From: Schizochytrium sp. TIO01
Lineage: Eukaryota; Protista; Bigyra: Labyrinthulomycetes
Assembly: GCA_004764695.1 (NCBI GenBank)
Contig: SMSO01000034.1
Coordinates: 3,100,001-3,164,000, forward strand
Length of the DNA stretch: 64,000 bases
Reading direction: 5' to 3'
Positions 22,286-34,730 of the stretch are shown in pieces. Position 1 is the stretch's first letter. Each line of letters opens with the position of its first letter. Under the pieces are notes generated by a model. The model did not search any database. It was not told the origin of the DNA and saw only the letters and a program-made list of their open reading frames with translations. The translations under genes and the position numbers were made by a program.

Positions 22286-23883
22286 AGTTGATTGTTAAAG
22301 TTATCTGTTCTGATGATGTCACGTTTCCGCTTTGGGAAACGAAGGAAAGGAAAGCGAAGAGGTGAACGAACGTGAAGAACAGACTTTTCATTTTGCGCGG
22401 TTGTTATAAGGGTGAGAGAGGGAGAGAGAGAGAGATACTATCGAGCGTATGGGAATATGGGAGGGCTAGCGAGTGCGTAGGTGGTGATACCTGTAGTATG
22501 TTGCATGGATAAGTAAGTAAGTATTTCTTTCTTTCTTTCTTTCGAATAGAATTGAATTCGTTTCTATCACTTATCATATCACTATCATGGAGTGAAAGGA
22601 AATAAAAGAAATGACAGAAATGAAAAACAATTAAAAATAAAATAAAATAAAGAATAATTATAATTATGTGTATTTGAACAACAGATCAAAATAGATAAAG
22701 GAGAAAGAGCAGCAGCGGCAGCAGCAGCAAATTCGGGCAGCAGCGCGTCCTCTGCCTGCCGCGAGGAGCCCCGCGGCCGAAGCGAGCGCCCGAGACGACG
22801 CGCAAGGCGGATTATACCCCTGCCACTGCTGGCTTGCACCGCTGCAAAGCCGATCGTCGCCGCATTAGGCCTCCATCGCACAGAAGCCACGCCCAGACCG
22901 CCGGAGGGAAGCGCTGCCCAGCAGCGCCAGGACGCAGACAACGCCAGCCGGCGAGAACACGGGCAGGAGAGAGAGAATAGGACTGGAGCCAGGATACCGC
23001 CGAGACCGACAGAGGAATACCGTTGCTGCGGAGAAGCGACGTCCGTAAGCGATTTCCTCAGTGACTCCTGTTTCGCGCGTTCTTTTCTTTGCTCTCGATA
23101 TTTTTCTTATTATTTCCTGTTTCTGTTTAGATAGATACTAAGCAGAGTTATAATTCCGACGACACAGACACTTACATAAAACGCGCAAGGCACAGTTTTA
23201 CAGGTACGGCGTGGAGGTCTGTCAGACTCACTGACGTCTGAATAGGCGTGGATCGTGGCTATTTCCCGTGTGCTTTGCTGGGAGGGTGAATTGCTGCTTG
23301 GATTCTTCATATCTGGATCTTGGCAATTTAGTTTCTTTGGAAACCAAGAGCGGTGCTGAAAGTTCAGGACTGCTGAGAAAGACAGTTTGTGTACCGTGTC
23401 TACGTCACTTTACCAGAAAGCAAGGTCAAATCCCTGTGCAAATAGTTTCTTGCAGAATTGCCTTCTTGCTTCCATATTAACGTAGTAGCAAAAAAAAACG
23501 CAGATCGAATCCAAAGGAGCATTGCAGTCGCTTGTCAAAGTCAAGAACAACAACGTGGACTTCATCAACATTTATTTACGTATTTGCTTACTTAGTATTA
23601 TAACTATAGCACTGACGTGAGCAAAATTAGCGCCCCGTATCCAGTTTCCTGACAACATAAAGACGGTTCACGGTCTCACATTGTACGAGTGGAGAGAGTC
23701 ATTGCACTCCTTCGCTCCCTCAATTAATACCTTTTATTCTAGCTGGCACTGTTCTCCAAAGGAGTTTCGCGATCCGGTTGGGCGACGCGAGCTATCTCGC
23801 TTCGCTAACCCGGTTGTTCACGTAGCAAAATCAGCAAGCAGGCGCAGGACGAGAGCAGCGCCGGGTGGGCCGGCGTCGTGAGG

Positions 23884-25497
23884 ATGTTTGGAGGATTTCG
23901 TAAAAAAGATAAGAACAAGGCGAGCCGCCAAGCTGCTGCAGCTGCTGCCGCAGCCAACAGCAGCAGTGGTAGCAGCAGCAGTAGCAGCAGCAGCACTGCC
24001 GCGAACAACACAGCATCGAATAGTGGTAGTAGCACTGGACGCACTTCATCTCCCAAAGTCAGCCATAGCAGCGGAAAGGGGGCGGGCGGGCCGACCCCTC
24101 ACTCGTCAAGTGGATCTGGCCCGGCGCACCTTGGGGGCTACGCGAACACATCTAGTTCCAATGGGAGCGCTGGTGGAGAAGATCGCTTCTCTGGGCTTAC
24201 CTTGCTGACGGCCATGTCCTTGAAGGACGTGAACTCAAGCGAGCAGCCGCGACTCTTTATGCGACACCTCAAGCTCTGCCACGAGACCTTTGACTTTCAT
24301 GAATTCACACGTCTCAAAGAAAAAGAGGCCAAGCGCCTACTGCTCCTTGGCCTTGTGGACTTCATGAACAATCCAAACACCCACATTCACGAATACATGT
24401 TTCCTGACATTATAAGTATGGTTAGCGCCAATCTCTTCCGTGCCCTTCCACCAGCCAATGACACCTGGGGTGACGAGGAGGACGAGCCATACTTGGAGAG
24501 CACATGGCCTCACCTTCAGATTGTATACGAATTTCTCTTGCGGTTCGTCGTGTCCAGCGACGTGGAGCCCAAGCCAGCGAAAAAATATATTTCGCACGCG
24601 TTTGTGCTGCAGCTTCTTGGTCTCTTCAACTCGGAGGATATTCGTGAGCGGGACTACCTCAAAACTATTCTTCATCGGATTTATGGCAAATTCATGGCCT
24701 TGCGCGCGTTCATCCGTAAAGCTATCGCTAATATCTTTCTCAGCTGCATCTACTTCGAGGATCACCACAATGGTATTGCCGAACTTCTCGAAATCCTTGG
24801 TAGCATCATTAATGGATTTGCCTTACCTCTCAAGCCGGAGCACAAAAGGTTTCTCACTACCTGTCTCATCCCGCTGCATAAGGTGCGTGGCCTAACCAAC
24901 TTCCAGCAACAACTTGAGTACTGCGTGACACAGTTTGTTGAAAAGGACAACAAAATGGCTGAACCTGTGGTGAAGGGTCTCCTACGATTCTGGCCTGAAG
25001 TCAATTCACCCAAGCAGGTTCAGTTCCTCCATGAGCTCGAAGAGATTCTCGAGCTTATTCAATTACCTGAGTTCCGTACCATCCAGGTTCCCTTGTTTCG
25101 CCGAGTGGCAATGTGTCTAGAATCTCAACACTTTCAAGTTGCGGAGCGAACTCTTTTGCTTTGGAACAATGACTATTTGTTCACCCTCGTCACCCAAAAT
25201 CGCCGAGAGATTTTGCCTATCGTTTACGATGTGCTCAAACGCAACAGTGACGCCCACTGGAACTCCAACGTACAGCTTCTATCAGAAAACGTCCTCAAGG
25301 CCTTCCAAGATACGGATAAACAGTTCTACGATGAGGTGGCTCGCGCATCGAAGGCTGCAGCTGAGAATAAGGCCCGTGCCTCTGTACAGCGCACCGAGTT
25401 GTGGGAACAATTTACCGAGCAAGCTGCAGCGGCCGATTCTGCAAAAGCTCACGCTGACCCTGCAAGCGCACCCGCTGCTCCCGCCGCAGCGTCATGA
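23884..25497 (+). CDS. Protein phosphatase 2A regulatory subunit B' (B56)
   Basis: ATG at 23884. Hallmark B56 motifs LESTWPHLQIVYEFLLRFV, FNSEDIRERDYLKTILHRIYGKF, HNGIAELLEILGSIINGFALPLK and HFQVAERTL; Ser/Ala low-complexity N-terminus. Confidence 0.97.
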   Translation: MFGGFRKKDKNKASRQAAAAAAAANSSSGSSSSSSSSTAANNTASNSGSSTGRTSSPKVSHSSGKGAGGPTPHSSSGSGPAHLGGYANTSSSNGSAGGEDRFSGLTLLTAMSLKDVNSSEQPRLFMRHLKLCHETFDFHEFTRLKEKEAKRLLLLGLVDFMNNPNTHIHEYMFPDIISMVSANLFRALPPANDTWGDEEDEPYLESTWPHLQIVYEFLLRFVVSSDVEPKPAKKYISHAFVLQLLGLFNSEDIRERDYLKTILHRIYGKFMALRAFIRKAIANIFLSCIYFEDHHNGIAELLEILGSIINGFALPLKPEHKRFLTTCLIPLHKVRGLTNFQQQLEYCVTQFVEKDNKMAEPVVKGLLRFWPEVNSPKQVQFLHELEEILELIQLPEFRTIQVPLFRRVAMCLESQHFQVAERTLLLWNNDYLFTLVTQNRREILPIVYDVLKRNSDAHWNSNVQLLSENVLKAFQDTDKQFYDEVARASKAAAENKARASVQRTELWEQFTEQAAAADSAKAHADPASAPAAPAAAS

Positions 25498-28400
25498 ATA
25501 GTGCAAAACCTATTTTTGTTTCGCCTGATATTCTGGCGAACCCCTTTTCCTTCTCTTCAAATCTCGTGGAATGCAAAATACAATACCCCAATATATAATG
25601 TTGCCTGCCATAACTTCAACTCAACCTCTCACCAGAAACCACATCACCTCACCTCACTCGACCTAGCAATAACATAGTATACGCTTTGGTAAAGCCCACA
25701 TGATGCTCTCGGCAGCATCTGTTTCTCATGACATAGCAGGTACAACTGCTTTCTCCTCCAACGTGTAACAGGGACTACTGTGAGATTCTGACCTCATGTT
25801 TTCTCTTTTTTGTTTGGGGGGGGGGGGGGGGGGGCATTTGGTTTTGTGAGCGATGCTAGTACTTCCCAATCGAGTACATTCTCACCAAATTCTCCCATCA
25901 CTGGTCCAATACAAGTGAGCTTGGCAGTCTTGTAGATAGACGCCTACGCTTCCCACTTACCTTCCAGTTGTCTGTCTCATTCTCCACCCCCACCCCCCCC
26001 AAAACGCGGCAGCTTTTTCAAATCTTTACCATTATATTTTTGTTTTTGACATCGCCGACATTCTTTGGCAAAGGCAAAGACTCATAGTACAATCGTTCTA
26101 GGAAGGTCAGGTCCCAGGTTTTATTGCTGTTGGTTGCTCCTTTTGTTGTTTTTTGTGCAGAATGAAGTGATGATTGATTGATGATGATTCTTTTTTTTTT
26201 CTTTCTTTCTTTCTTTCTTTCTCCCCACCCCTCTCAATCTGTTGTTGACGCTCCTCCTATTGGCTGACGCTGTTGTGGAACACACAAAGTTTGTAACACT
26301 TTTGCGGCAGCAGTTCTAAAGAGGCAGTCTTGCCATCGTCAAGCAAATCAAATCTTCTATATTGTTTGTAATCTTTTCATGTGTGAAGTATGCAGCATGA
26401 TGAAATTAAGAAGAATAAGTTTAAGAACCAGAAGCACGTTGGTTTCTCCTTTCGTCTCGTATACAGGAACAAAAACTTGTTAGCATTTACTAATTCCCTC
26501 ACTTGAAAGCAACCAGAAAACTGCCTAGACATATATCTATGCAAACTAACTTGGGCTACATTTTAAGATCCCAGTTGTTCCTGTATACCAAATTGGATGG
26601 TTTCGTAAAGTTGGCACGGAGGAGTCAATGGTATTAAACCAGTAGCATATCATGGGGAGTAGGTACTTTGGTTGTGGTTGAAGCAAGTCCGCTTAATTAA
26701 TGACCCTTCAGGAACCCGTTGTGACGTAGCAGCTTGCCGCCTCTTACGTTGTTGTCTCTGTTGTGTGACATATTAAACCAAACTAATTCAGAAGCTTAAG
26801 ACTAGGTTCTGGATAATGCCAATATACGTTCCAAAGAAGGGGCTTACACAACAGCAAGTTCTCCTACTAATAGATAACAGCAATCGCTGACCCCTAACTT
26901 AAAAAGAGATCACCATTGTGTTTCCAAGTGTTCTTCTGTGCACACATTAACGCAGGAGGCTGGATCGGGCCACACCATTCATACTTCGTCTTCCGCACCC
27001 TTGACCATCACAGGCAAGTAAGTCAGACTGACCCAGTTTACATGAAGTGCAGGTATTATCTTGGACTTCATGATGTTTGGCACTGCACAAGTCCACCACA
27101 GAACCCAAGTCAAACGTAAGGTCCTTGTCTCTTATCGACGATCACATGCGGCTTGTTGTAAGGAAGCTCCTAGATCGTCCATTTGCTCGCTTCCATTGAT
27201 AAAACCCAACTCCAAGCCCTCCACATGAATCGCGAACTTTGTCGGCGCCGTCCACAAGCCCTGGCTACTTAGATTCATCCGCAAGAGGGTGTGCGGCTGA
27301 GAAAGTATCACGAACTCCTCAGTGAACTTTATAGAGGCGCCATAAATGACTTAACATGGCAGTAATGAACCTGATTTTTGTTCAATCGGAAAAACGTGTG
27401 CACACCACATATAATATAACATAACATTACTGCTGCAATGTAGTGTAGTGCACTCCCGCCCGCCTCGCGAGAGCGACTGCACCCGGCCTCCAAGCCTCCT
27501 CTCCGCCATAAAGTTGTCGTCGGCTGCAGCGGAGTCTGGACAGCCCAGCTACGCTCACAGGCGTTCAAGCAGCAAGGACTGCGGCCACGCCCTCGAGGAC
27601 GGCCTCGCCAGCACCAGAGTCCACGCTGGCGATGCTCCGTTTCATTCCATTCCATTCCTGTTTTCGCTGAGTTTGTTTTTATTGTTTGTATTATTGTTAT
27701 TATTTGCTTAACTTAAAATTAATTAGATGAAAAAAATAGAAAATAGAAAATGAAGGTTTATTCATTTGCACACCATTGTATTATTGGTGAATATGGAGGA
27801 AGTACCGCATAATACTTTATTCATAAAAGTTTTAATTGAAATGATACATTGACTACAACAGAAGATAAAGTCATAAAGGAGACGAAAGCACTTTTTTGGC
27901 GTCCGTTGAGAGTTTTAGATGATGTCACTCATTCACTCACTCACTCACTCACGCACTCTCAGGCCGAAGAAGAGCCCAGTGCAAGCTCAGGGATGGCGCA
28001 ATACGTTTCACGGCGTGAGTTTGGCAATGGCACTTGGTGTAGGCTGCGTTTAATGATAACCCAAAGAGGTGTTTGTTTCCGAGAGCTCACTCCGAGTTTC
28101 ATCCTCGTTTTCATTTCGATCGCACTTCATTTCATTCGCTTTTAACCCCATTGGACAATGAGCTGAGATTAGAGTGGCATCGCTGTAATATGTACTTTCA
28201 AGAATTGGGTCCCTTGAAATCGGCCGCTATATCATTTCTTGCGGAGCAGCTTGAGAGACACGGCAGCCTCGCCAGAGGGGGCTTTATACGAACGGTATTC
28301 ATGGCGAAGAGCTCGTGGTACGTTGACTTGTGCTGCCTTTCGATTTGATTACAGGTCAACCCCCAAAAGGTTAAAGTCTTCTTATTAATTAAATAAAGCA

Positions 28401-29564
28401 ATATTAGATGAAGGGGAATAATAGGGAGGGTGAAATAGTTAAAAACAACAAACCAAAATGCATCAGCCAAGGGCACTTCGGAAAGCACAAACGAAATGCC
28501 CTTTTAAAGCGGATGAACAACCAACATTTGTTATTCACCACCGACAGATTCAAATGTCCTTTGGTTCATCTTAAGGTATCGTGACCCGCTCCGCCGCAGC
28601 TTTGAGGTCATTATTGGCTACGACGAACATGTAATAGCCATGCCATTCTATCTTTATATTTGTAAAAAAAGAGACAAGTGAAAACGGAATGTAAAACGTT
28701 CTTTGAATATGGAATCAAACTCGGCGTGGACGTGAGCTGCATTGCCCACCCTTCAAGGACGCCCTGCACGGGTATCGAACAGGCCCACGAGCTGTTTCTT
28801 GAATGCAAAAGGTCATTTCCTCAAACGTTTTCTTCATCGCCTGCCTGTCCGGGGACACTTGCGCAGCGTATCTTTTCTGATTTCTTGTTTTGTTTTTGTT
28901 TTTCCGAGTTTTCTTTTATAAACAAGATTAGAAAAGAGATTTGGACCATTTCAAAGGTAAAAGAAAGACAGAAGTGAAATGTGCAAGCCTACTCCTACGC
29001 AAAACGCTATGTGGGGTGATAGCAAGCCCAGGCTGATTTTACCCTTTAACTTTAAAGAAGTTCTCTCTCTCTCTCGCTCTTTCGCGCCTCTGGAGAGCGC
29101 CTAAAAGCCGCCCTGACAGGCCGAGCAGGGAGCATACTGCTGGCAAATGTAGGCCCCAAACGGCCTCAGAGTGAATCATAAATGGATCGATCGACCATTT
29201 CATAGCTTGGGAAATAAGTTGTTCACAATAGTATTCTAAAACTAAAATAAAAAATTATAGACCTTTCTTTTTGTATTCGTAGGAGTTCTGTTATTGTTTT
29301 CGATAGTAGTAGCGGTAGTAGTCACAGTAGCACATTGCGTATTAAAAAAAGCAAAGTGTTAGACAAGGTGGATCAGGAATAATGATCGATCAACAGACAA
29401 ACCCGAATCAAATCATCATCGTCCTGTGCTCGAAGGGGTGCTCGGACTTGGAGACGAGGCTAGGTAATTACACTGCGTTGCCCCACATTGCTCGTCCCGG
29501 AGCAAGTGCTTGGGTCTAAACCGGTCAAGGTTTTGTGTTTAAAGTAGACGCAACTCTTGGGACC

Positions 29565-30791
29565 ATGGGTGCACAAGAAGATGCGGTGCTAAACAAGGTG
29601 CTGGAAAAGCTCGACTCCATCTCGTCGAGGCTTGACCAGATTGAGAACAAGGTCGAGACGCAAGGCGAGGTCATGAAGGAGATGAACTCAGGAGTCGTTC
29701 GTCGTGCCATCAAATTCGGCACTCAAGATATTAACGATGCATGCGGTGTAGTCGCCGTAGGCACCAACGAGCTTATTGGCGAGTCTGGCCCTAAATCCCA
29801 GGCCGACGAGGCCAAGAAGCAGGACCGTCGCAAGCGTCAGGCTCTTGGAACCCACATGTTCACCGCATACCTTTTGGTGTACGTTGCCCTTATGATTGTT
29901 TCTGCCTTTGACCTTCTCCCTGTGATGGATTGGGAGGTCATGAAGTTTGACACTGCTGAGGTCGTTTCCGTATGGCTCCGTACCCACATGTGGGTGCCCT
30001 TTCTGCTCTGCTTCATCTACCTTGTAGTTATCTTCGGGATTCAGTACTACATGGAGGACAAGGCTGAGTTTGATCTTCGTAAGCCGCTTGCCGCCTGGAG
30101 CGCATTTCTTGCCATCTTCAGTGTTGGTGCTTCCATCCGCACTGTGCCTGTCCTCCTCAAGATGCTCTACGAGAAGGGAACTCATCACGTGCTTTGTGGT
30201 GACACCCGCCAGGACTGGGTAATTGATAACCCGGCTGGAGTGTGGACAATGGCCTTCATCTTTTCCAAGATCCCTGAGCTTATTGACACCCTCTTCATTG
30301 TGCTCCGCAAGCGCAAGCTCATTACTCTCCACTGGTACCACCACGTCACCGTGCTTCTCTTCTGCTGGCACGCCTGGGCCACTTTTGCCCTTACCGGCAT
30401 TGTCTTCGCCGCCATCAATGCTTCAGTGCATGCTATCATGTACGCGTACTATGCTTACACCGCTCTCGGATACCGCCCGACTGCCTATGCAATCTACATT
30501 ACTCTGATTCAGATTGCACAGATGGTTGTTGGCACTGCTGTTACCTTCTACATTGGCTACGACATGGCCTTTGTTACCCCCCAGCCGTTCCGTCTTGATA
30601 TGAAGCTCAACTGGGACCCGCTTGACAAGAACATCAACACTGAGCCTTCTTGCAAGGGCGCCAACTCCTCCAATGCTATCTTTGGTGTGATCATGTACGC
30701 CTCGTACTTGTACCTCTTTTGCCTCTTCTTCTACATGGCGTACCTTCGCCCCAAGACCAAGAAGACGACGGCCGCCAAGAAGACCGATTAA
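29565..30791 (+). CDS. Fatty acid elongase (GNS1/SUR4/ELO family; ELOVL6-like saturated/monounsaturated type)
   Basis: ATG at 29565. SKIPELIDTLFIVLRK, LHWYHH His box, HAIMYAYY and TLIQIAQM motifs; C-terminal KKTD ER-retention signal. Confidence 0.95.
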   Translation: MGAQEDAVLNKVLEKLDSISSRLDQIENKVETQGEVMKEMNSGVVRRAIKFGTQDINDACGVVAVGTNELIGESGPKSQADEAKKQDRRKRQALGTHMFTAYLLVYVALMIVSAFDLLPVMDWEVMKFDTAEVVSVWLRTHMWVPFLLCFIYLVVIFGIQYYMEDKAEFDLRKPLAAWSAFLAIFSVGASIRTVPVLLKMLYEKGTHHVLCGDTRQDWVIDNPAGVWTMAFIFSKIPELIDTLFIVLRKRKLITLHWYHHVTVLLFCWHAWATFALTGIVFAAINASVHAIMYAYYAYTALGYRPTAYAIYITLIQIAQMVVGTAVTFYIGYDMAFVTPQPFRLDMKLNWDPLDKNINTEPSCKGANSSNAIFGVIMYASYLYLFCLFFYMAYLRPKTKKTTAAKKTD

Positions 30792-31682
30792 ATCTTCAAC
30801 GAGGTCGATCAACCTGCAATCAAACCCAGTCTACGACCATTTTAATTATTTTGAACTGCTTCGCCTCACTGTGAATTTCTCGATTTTGGCATGAGAAGCT
30901 TTTCTCGCTTCACACTTAGTTCAACCCATCAACCACACAGACAAAAATTCTATGAAACAAACTAAACTAAATTCTACATAAAGTTAAAAAACGACCATAT
31001 TCTCTAACAAAAAAACAGCTTTTTCTCAAACACGCATACAAACTACTATTTCATTTCTGCATTTCAAAAAAATAAAATAAAAAAGTATTAGAAATGCTCT
31101 CATCAAAAGTACCTGAATTTCATGAACAACCAACACTCAAACCCATCATTACAAAATATCATCTTAAAGTAAGACATCATAGTCACTTGCCCCAAGCCAA
31201 CATCGCAGACTGAACGGACTGAAAGAAACGTATACTTACATTTCCACAAACATTGCTAACTTCACTCAATGGGCTTGATTTCCCCTGATATTCCAAGGTT
31301 CATTTTCACGCATACATTCCGTAAATTCCTCCCACTTATTATCAACATTATAAATTGTAAGTTACACGCCTCTCTCTTTAATACCATTTTAGTAACAAAT
31401 CTATAACATACGAAGTCTACTCTTAATGAGGATCTACAGAATATCCATAGGGATTCATGACAAGTGTCTCCAATCCCGGATGTGCAACCGCCACTACAAT
31501 CTCCTGGAGAATTGCAGAATTGCAACCAACGACGCTCGGCAAGGCCAGCCGAAGCGTACTCTACTTTCGCAAGAAGACCCGGGAATAGAAGGGCCCGAAC
31601 GGGTTGCGTTGGGGCTTTGCGAATCTGCAGGAAGTGTCTGCTGGTTCGTTGAACAAAGACCGTTTCTTGATTTCTCGCATCC

Positions 31683-34600
31683 ATGGCAGGTTCGTCAGTT
31701 GCACGGCGCTCGAGTACGCGAAACTCGACGTCAAAGGCTGCTGAGGCACCTTCAAAAGCGTCACAGTCGAAGCGGAGAAGCTCGACCCGACGATCTAGCA
31801 CAGAAGAAAACCTCGGAGATCGAGCCAATGCTGGCGAAGTCAATAATGGTGGCTCGGGGTTGGACGCACAGATCTCGGCTACCTTGCGCAAATGTTTCGA
31901 CGAGTGTCAAAGATCTACACACGCTCATGCAAATGCTGTAAAGCAGATCTCAGCGATGCAGAAAGAAACTGGGTCCTCCAAGATTATCAAGCGCCACTTC
32001 GTGCGACTTTTGAACGCAATAATGCAAGTTGGCAAACGCGAACCGTCAGTGGAGCGTCTGGTCCTTTTTGTAACGCTTTGCTGCTCCGCACGCGGTGAGG
32101 ATGCCGAAACCGCAAATGTAAGCAATGACGTTCTTGAGGCTATTCTGGACCACCTTCTTGACTCTGTGAATGCAAAGGATAAGGCTGCTCGTATGCGCGC
32201 TGCACAGATGATTAGCAACATTCTCAGTGTGATTCCAGCCGATGGAGAGTTTCTCCAAGACGAACTTTGGGATAAGCTTGAAACTCGGATGTTTGCTCGT
32301 CTTGACGACAAGGTTGCAGGAGTGCGTGCGCAAGCTGTCCGTGCTCTGGAGCGACTGCAGGATAGCAAAGACTGTGCAAGTGGGCAGGACCCCATCTTCA
32401 ACAAGCTTACCGCCTTGCTTGAAGCTGACTCGAGCGCTGAGGTACGCAAGGCTGCTATCAAAGCTGTAGTTATTACAAAATCATCTCTTAAGGCTGTTCT
32501 GCAGCGTACACGTGATGCTAAGGACGACGTCCGAGCTGCTGCTTATGAGCGTCTGGGCCTCCATGTACACATCAAGATGCTCAGCATCTCGCAACGCGTC
32601 ACTCTTCTCACTGATGGCCTCAACGATCGCTCGCCAGCTGTGCGACAGGCCTGCGAAGTTATGTTTTGCGAAAAGTGGCTTGCAAGTGTATCAGGCAACC
32701 CTTTTGATCTCCTGAAATTTCTCGATGTGGAAAACTCTCTTGATACGGTTCTTCGTGCTCTTCACCTGTTATTTGACATTGGTCTCAGCAAGTCGCGTAG
32801 TGCAGAACTCTCAACTACTGTGCGCAACGCTGTCGACTGGGACCTTAGTGGAGACAATGCTAAGCTTGTGATGACTCCAGAAGGTGTCGTTTATCTTCGT
32901 GCAAAATGCGAGGCTCTCATTCGTCACGATCGAGAGGATGATGTCGAAGCGCTCATTCCTGATCTGACATCATTGGGCGAGGTCATGTCCATCTGCCAAA
33001 GCCAGCTTACTGAGAGTTCTGCAAAGTCTGCCGAAGAGCTCGATCGCCTTTCACGAGCTCGCTTCGTGTTGCAGCAGCTCATGGAGATCGCCAAAATCTT
33101 GAATGCTACTCATGACATTGCAGGCCAGCATGCTCTCACGCAGTTTATCACCAAGCTTTTGGATATGCGACAAGGTCCAGATCTTGCTGTTGTACAGGCA
33201 AGCTTGCAGCTTCTTCGTTCTTTTGTTGGAGATCGTGAGGAAGAGCAGTTTGTACGTCAAGGTACCTCAATTATCTTTGATTGCCTTGAGCCACTCGAAG
33301 CAAGCAACGCCGGGGAGTCTGACGAACCTGTGGTGAATATTGCTCAACTACAAACTCAACTCGAAAACGCTGTTGCAAGCGAGGACTACGAAACGGCAGC
33401 AAAGCTTAAGAAACAGATCTCTCAGGCTGAGCAGAGCCCGCAAGTTGTAGAAGGATGGCGCATGGAGCGGGCCCTGGTAATCACTGTGGGAATGCTCCAA
33501 GCGGTCCGGCGCCCTGGCCTCATTGCTGAGCTGCAAGGTTTGATGGACCGTGTCATTGTACCTAACCTCCAAGAGCGCGAAAACGACCACTTGCGTCACC
33601 TCGCACTTAAGAGCTTAGCTTTGTATTGCCAGCTCGGTCCTAAACTGGCGCAACAAAATCTGCCAATCTTGTTAATGTTTCTGACTGCAGAAGAGGAGAC
33701 GATGGATATTCGTGCCGATGCTCTCCGAGGAATCCTGGATCTTATCATGCTTTGGGGTATGAGTGCCATTGCAGACCCTGAATCTGAGGCCGGTGCTTCT
33801 ACAGAAAAAACCGATGAGCTCATGCTTAACCTGTTGACTTACATGGATAGCGATGACCCAACACTGCGCCTTGTGACCGCAGAAGGTTTTGCGAAACTCG
33901 CTGTGGTAGGCCGTCTAGTCGATGTACGTGTTTTGCAGTGTCTAATTGTGATCTACTTTCATTCATCTTCTGCAGAACATGTGCGTCTGCGTCAGTGCTT
34001 GGCTGTCTGCTTCCCGATCCTCGCAGAAAGTACTCGCTCAGGAAGAAGCGCAATTGAGGACATGGCAGTCCCTATCCTGGAGAACCTCGTGACACCCCCA
34101 CCCGATTCTCCGTTCGGTGAGCTGCCTGCCGAGTCTGTTCTGCAATACATTATTTTTCTTCTCAGTCACTCTTCAAGTGAAGTGCAAACATCTTTTACCA
34201 AGGCCTTACTGATTGAACTCCTCGCTGCTCCAACTGGGTCCAATATTCGACTTCTTTCTCGCGCCCTGAATGCTGTTAAACTCGACAAAAGTTGTGACCT
34301 GCTTCTCTTGTCGCGAATTACTGCAGAGCTAGAAAGCACAGATACCTTTACAGACAGCGTTGCATTTCGACAGTTTGAGAAGTTCAATGCCCACCTTGCA
34401 AGTTTGCAGAGCAATGACAGTAGGAAGTCTTCAAGCAAGAAGTCCGCGAATGCTTCTGTAGAAAACCAGGAAGAGGAAGAGAAGGCGCATGTTGCTGAGG
34501 AAGCGTCTTCCTCTCGCGATGTGGACGCAGAGCTGGAGGATATCTTAAAGGAGGTTAAAAAGAGAGCAGCCGCTCACGAAGACGGCAAATTAAATGCACC

Positions 34601-34730
34601 TGAGGATGCTCGAGCCACGCGGCCACGTCGTAAGCTCAAGCGTAATGCCAACGCCAAACTCAAGAGCGACAGTGCTGACGAGGAAGAAGAAGATGAGGAT
34701 GATCTTTCTGTGGCATCTGAATCAGAGTAG
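31683..34730 (+). CDS. NCAPG: Condensin I complex subunit G (CAP-G/Ycg1/Cnd3)
   Basis: HEAT repeats with KREPSVERLV, AKDKAARMRAAQ, RLDDKVAGVRAQAVRALERLQ and RTRDAKDDVR; Cnd3-type C-terminal AEGFAKL..RLRQCLAVCFP; acidic tail. Confidence 0.9.
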   Translation: MAGSSVARRSSTRNSTSKAAEAPSKASQSKRRSSTRRSSTEENLGDRANAGEVNNGGSGLDAQISATLRKCFDECQRSTHAHANAVKQISAMQKETGSSKIIKRHFVRLLNAIMQVGKREPSVERLVLFVTLCCSARGEDAETANVSNDVLEAILDHLLDSVNAKDKAARMRAAQMISNILSVIPADGEFLQDELWDKLETRMFARLDDKVAGVRAQAVRALERLQDSKDCASGQDPIFNKLTALLEADSSAEVRKAAIKAVVITKSSLKAVLQRTRDAKDDVRAAAYERLGLHVHIKMLSISQRVTLLTDGLNDRSPAVRQACEVMFCEKWLASVSGNPFDLLKFLDVENSLDTVLRALHLLFDIGLSKSRSAELSTTVRNAVDWDLSGDNAKLVMTPEGVVYLRAKCEALIRHDREDDVEALIPDLTSLGEVMSICQSQLTESSAKSAEELDRLSRARFVLQQLMEIAKILNATHDIAGQHALTQFITKLLDMRQGPDLAVVQASLQLLRSFVGDREEEQFVRQGTSIIFDCLEPLEASNAGESDEPVVNIAQLQTQLENAVASEDYETAAKLKKQISQAEQSPQVVEGWRMERALVITVGMLQAVRRPGLIAELQGLMDRVIVPNLQERENDHLRHLALKSLALYCQLGPKLAQQNLPILLMFLTAEEETMDIRADALRGILDLIMLWGMSAIADPESEAGASTEKTDELMLNLLTYMDSDDPTLRLVTAEGFAKLAVVGRLVDVRVLQCLIVIYFHSSSAEHVRLRQCLAVCFPILAESTRSGRSAIEDMAVPILENLVTPPPDSPFGELPAESVLQYIIFLLSHSSSEVQTSFTKALLIELLAAPTGSNIRLLSRALNAVKLDKSCDLLLLSRITAELESTDTFTDSVAFRQFEKFNAHLASLQSNDSRKSSSKKSANASVENQEEEEKAHVAEEASSSRDVDAELEDILKEVKKRAAAHEDGKLNAPEDARATRPRRKLKRNANAKLKSDSADEEEEDEDDLSVASESE

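Noticed and set aside
25815-25834. Poly-G run as a G-quadruplex element downstream of PP2A-B56
   Set aside because: A simple homopolymer with unreliable length and no supporting evidence.
29688-30371. 227-aa antisense ORF over the first elongase
   Set aside because: Same codon-bias shadow effect.
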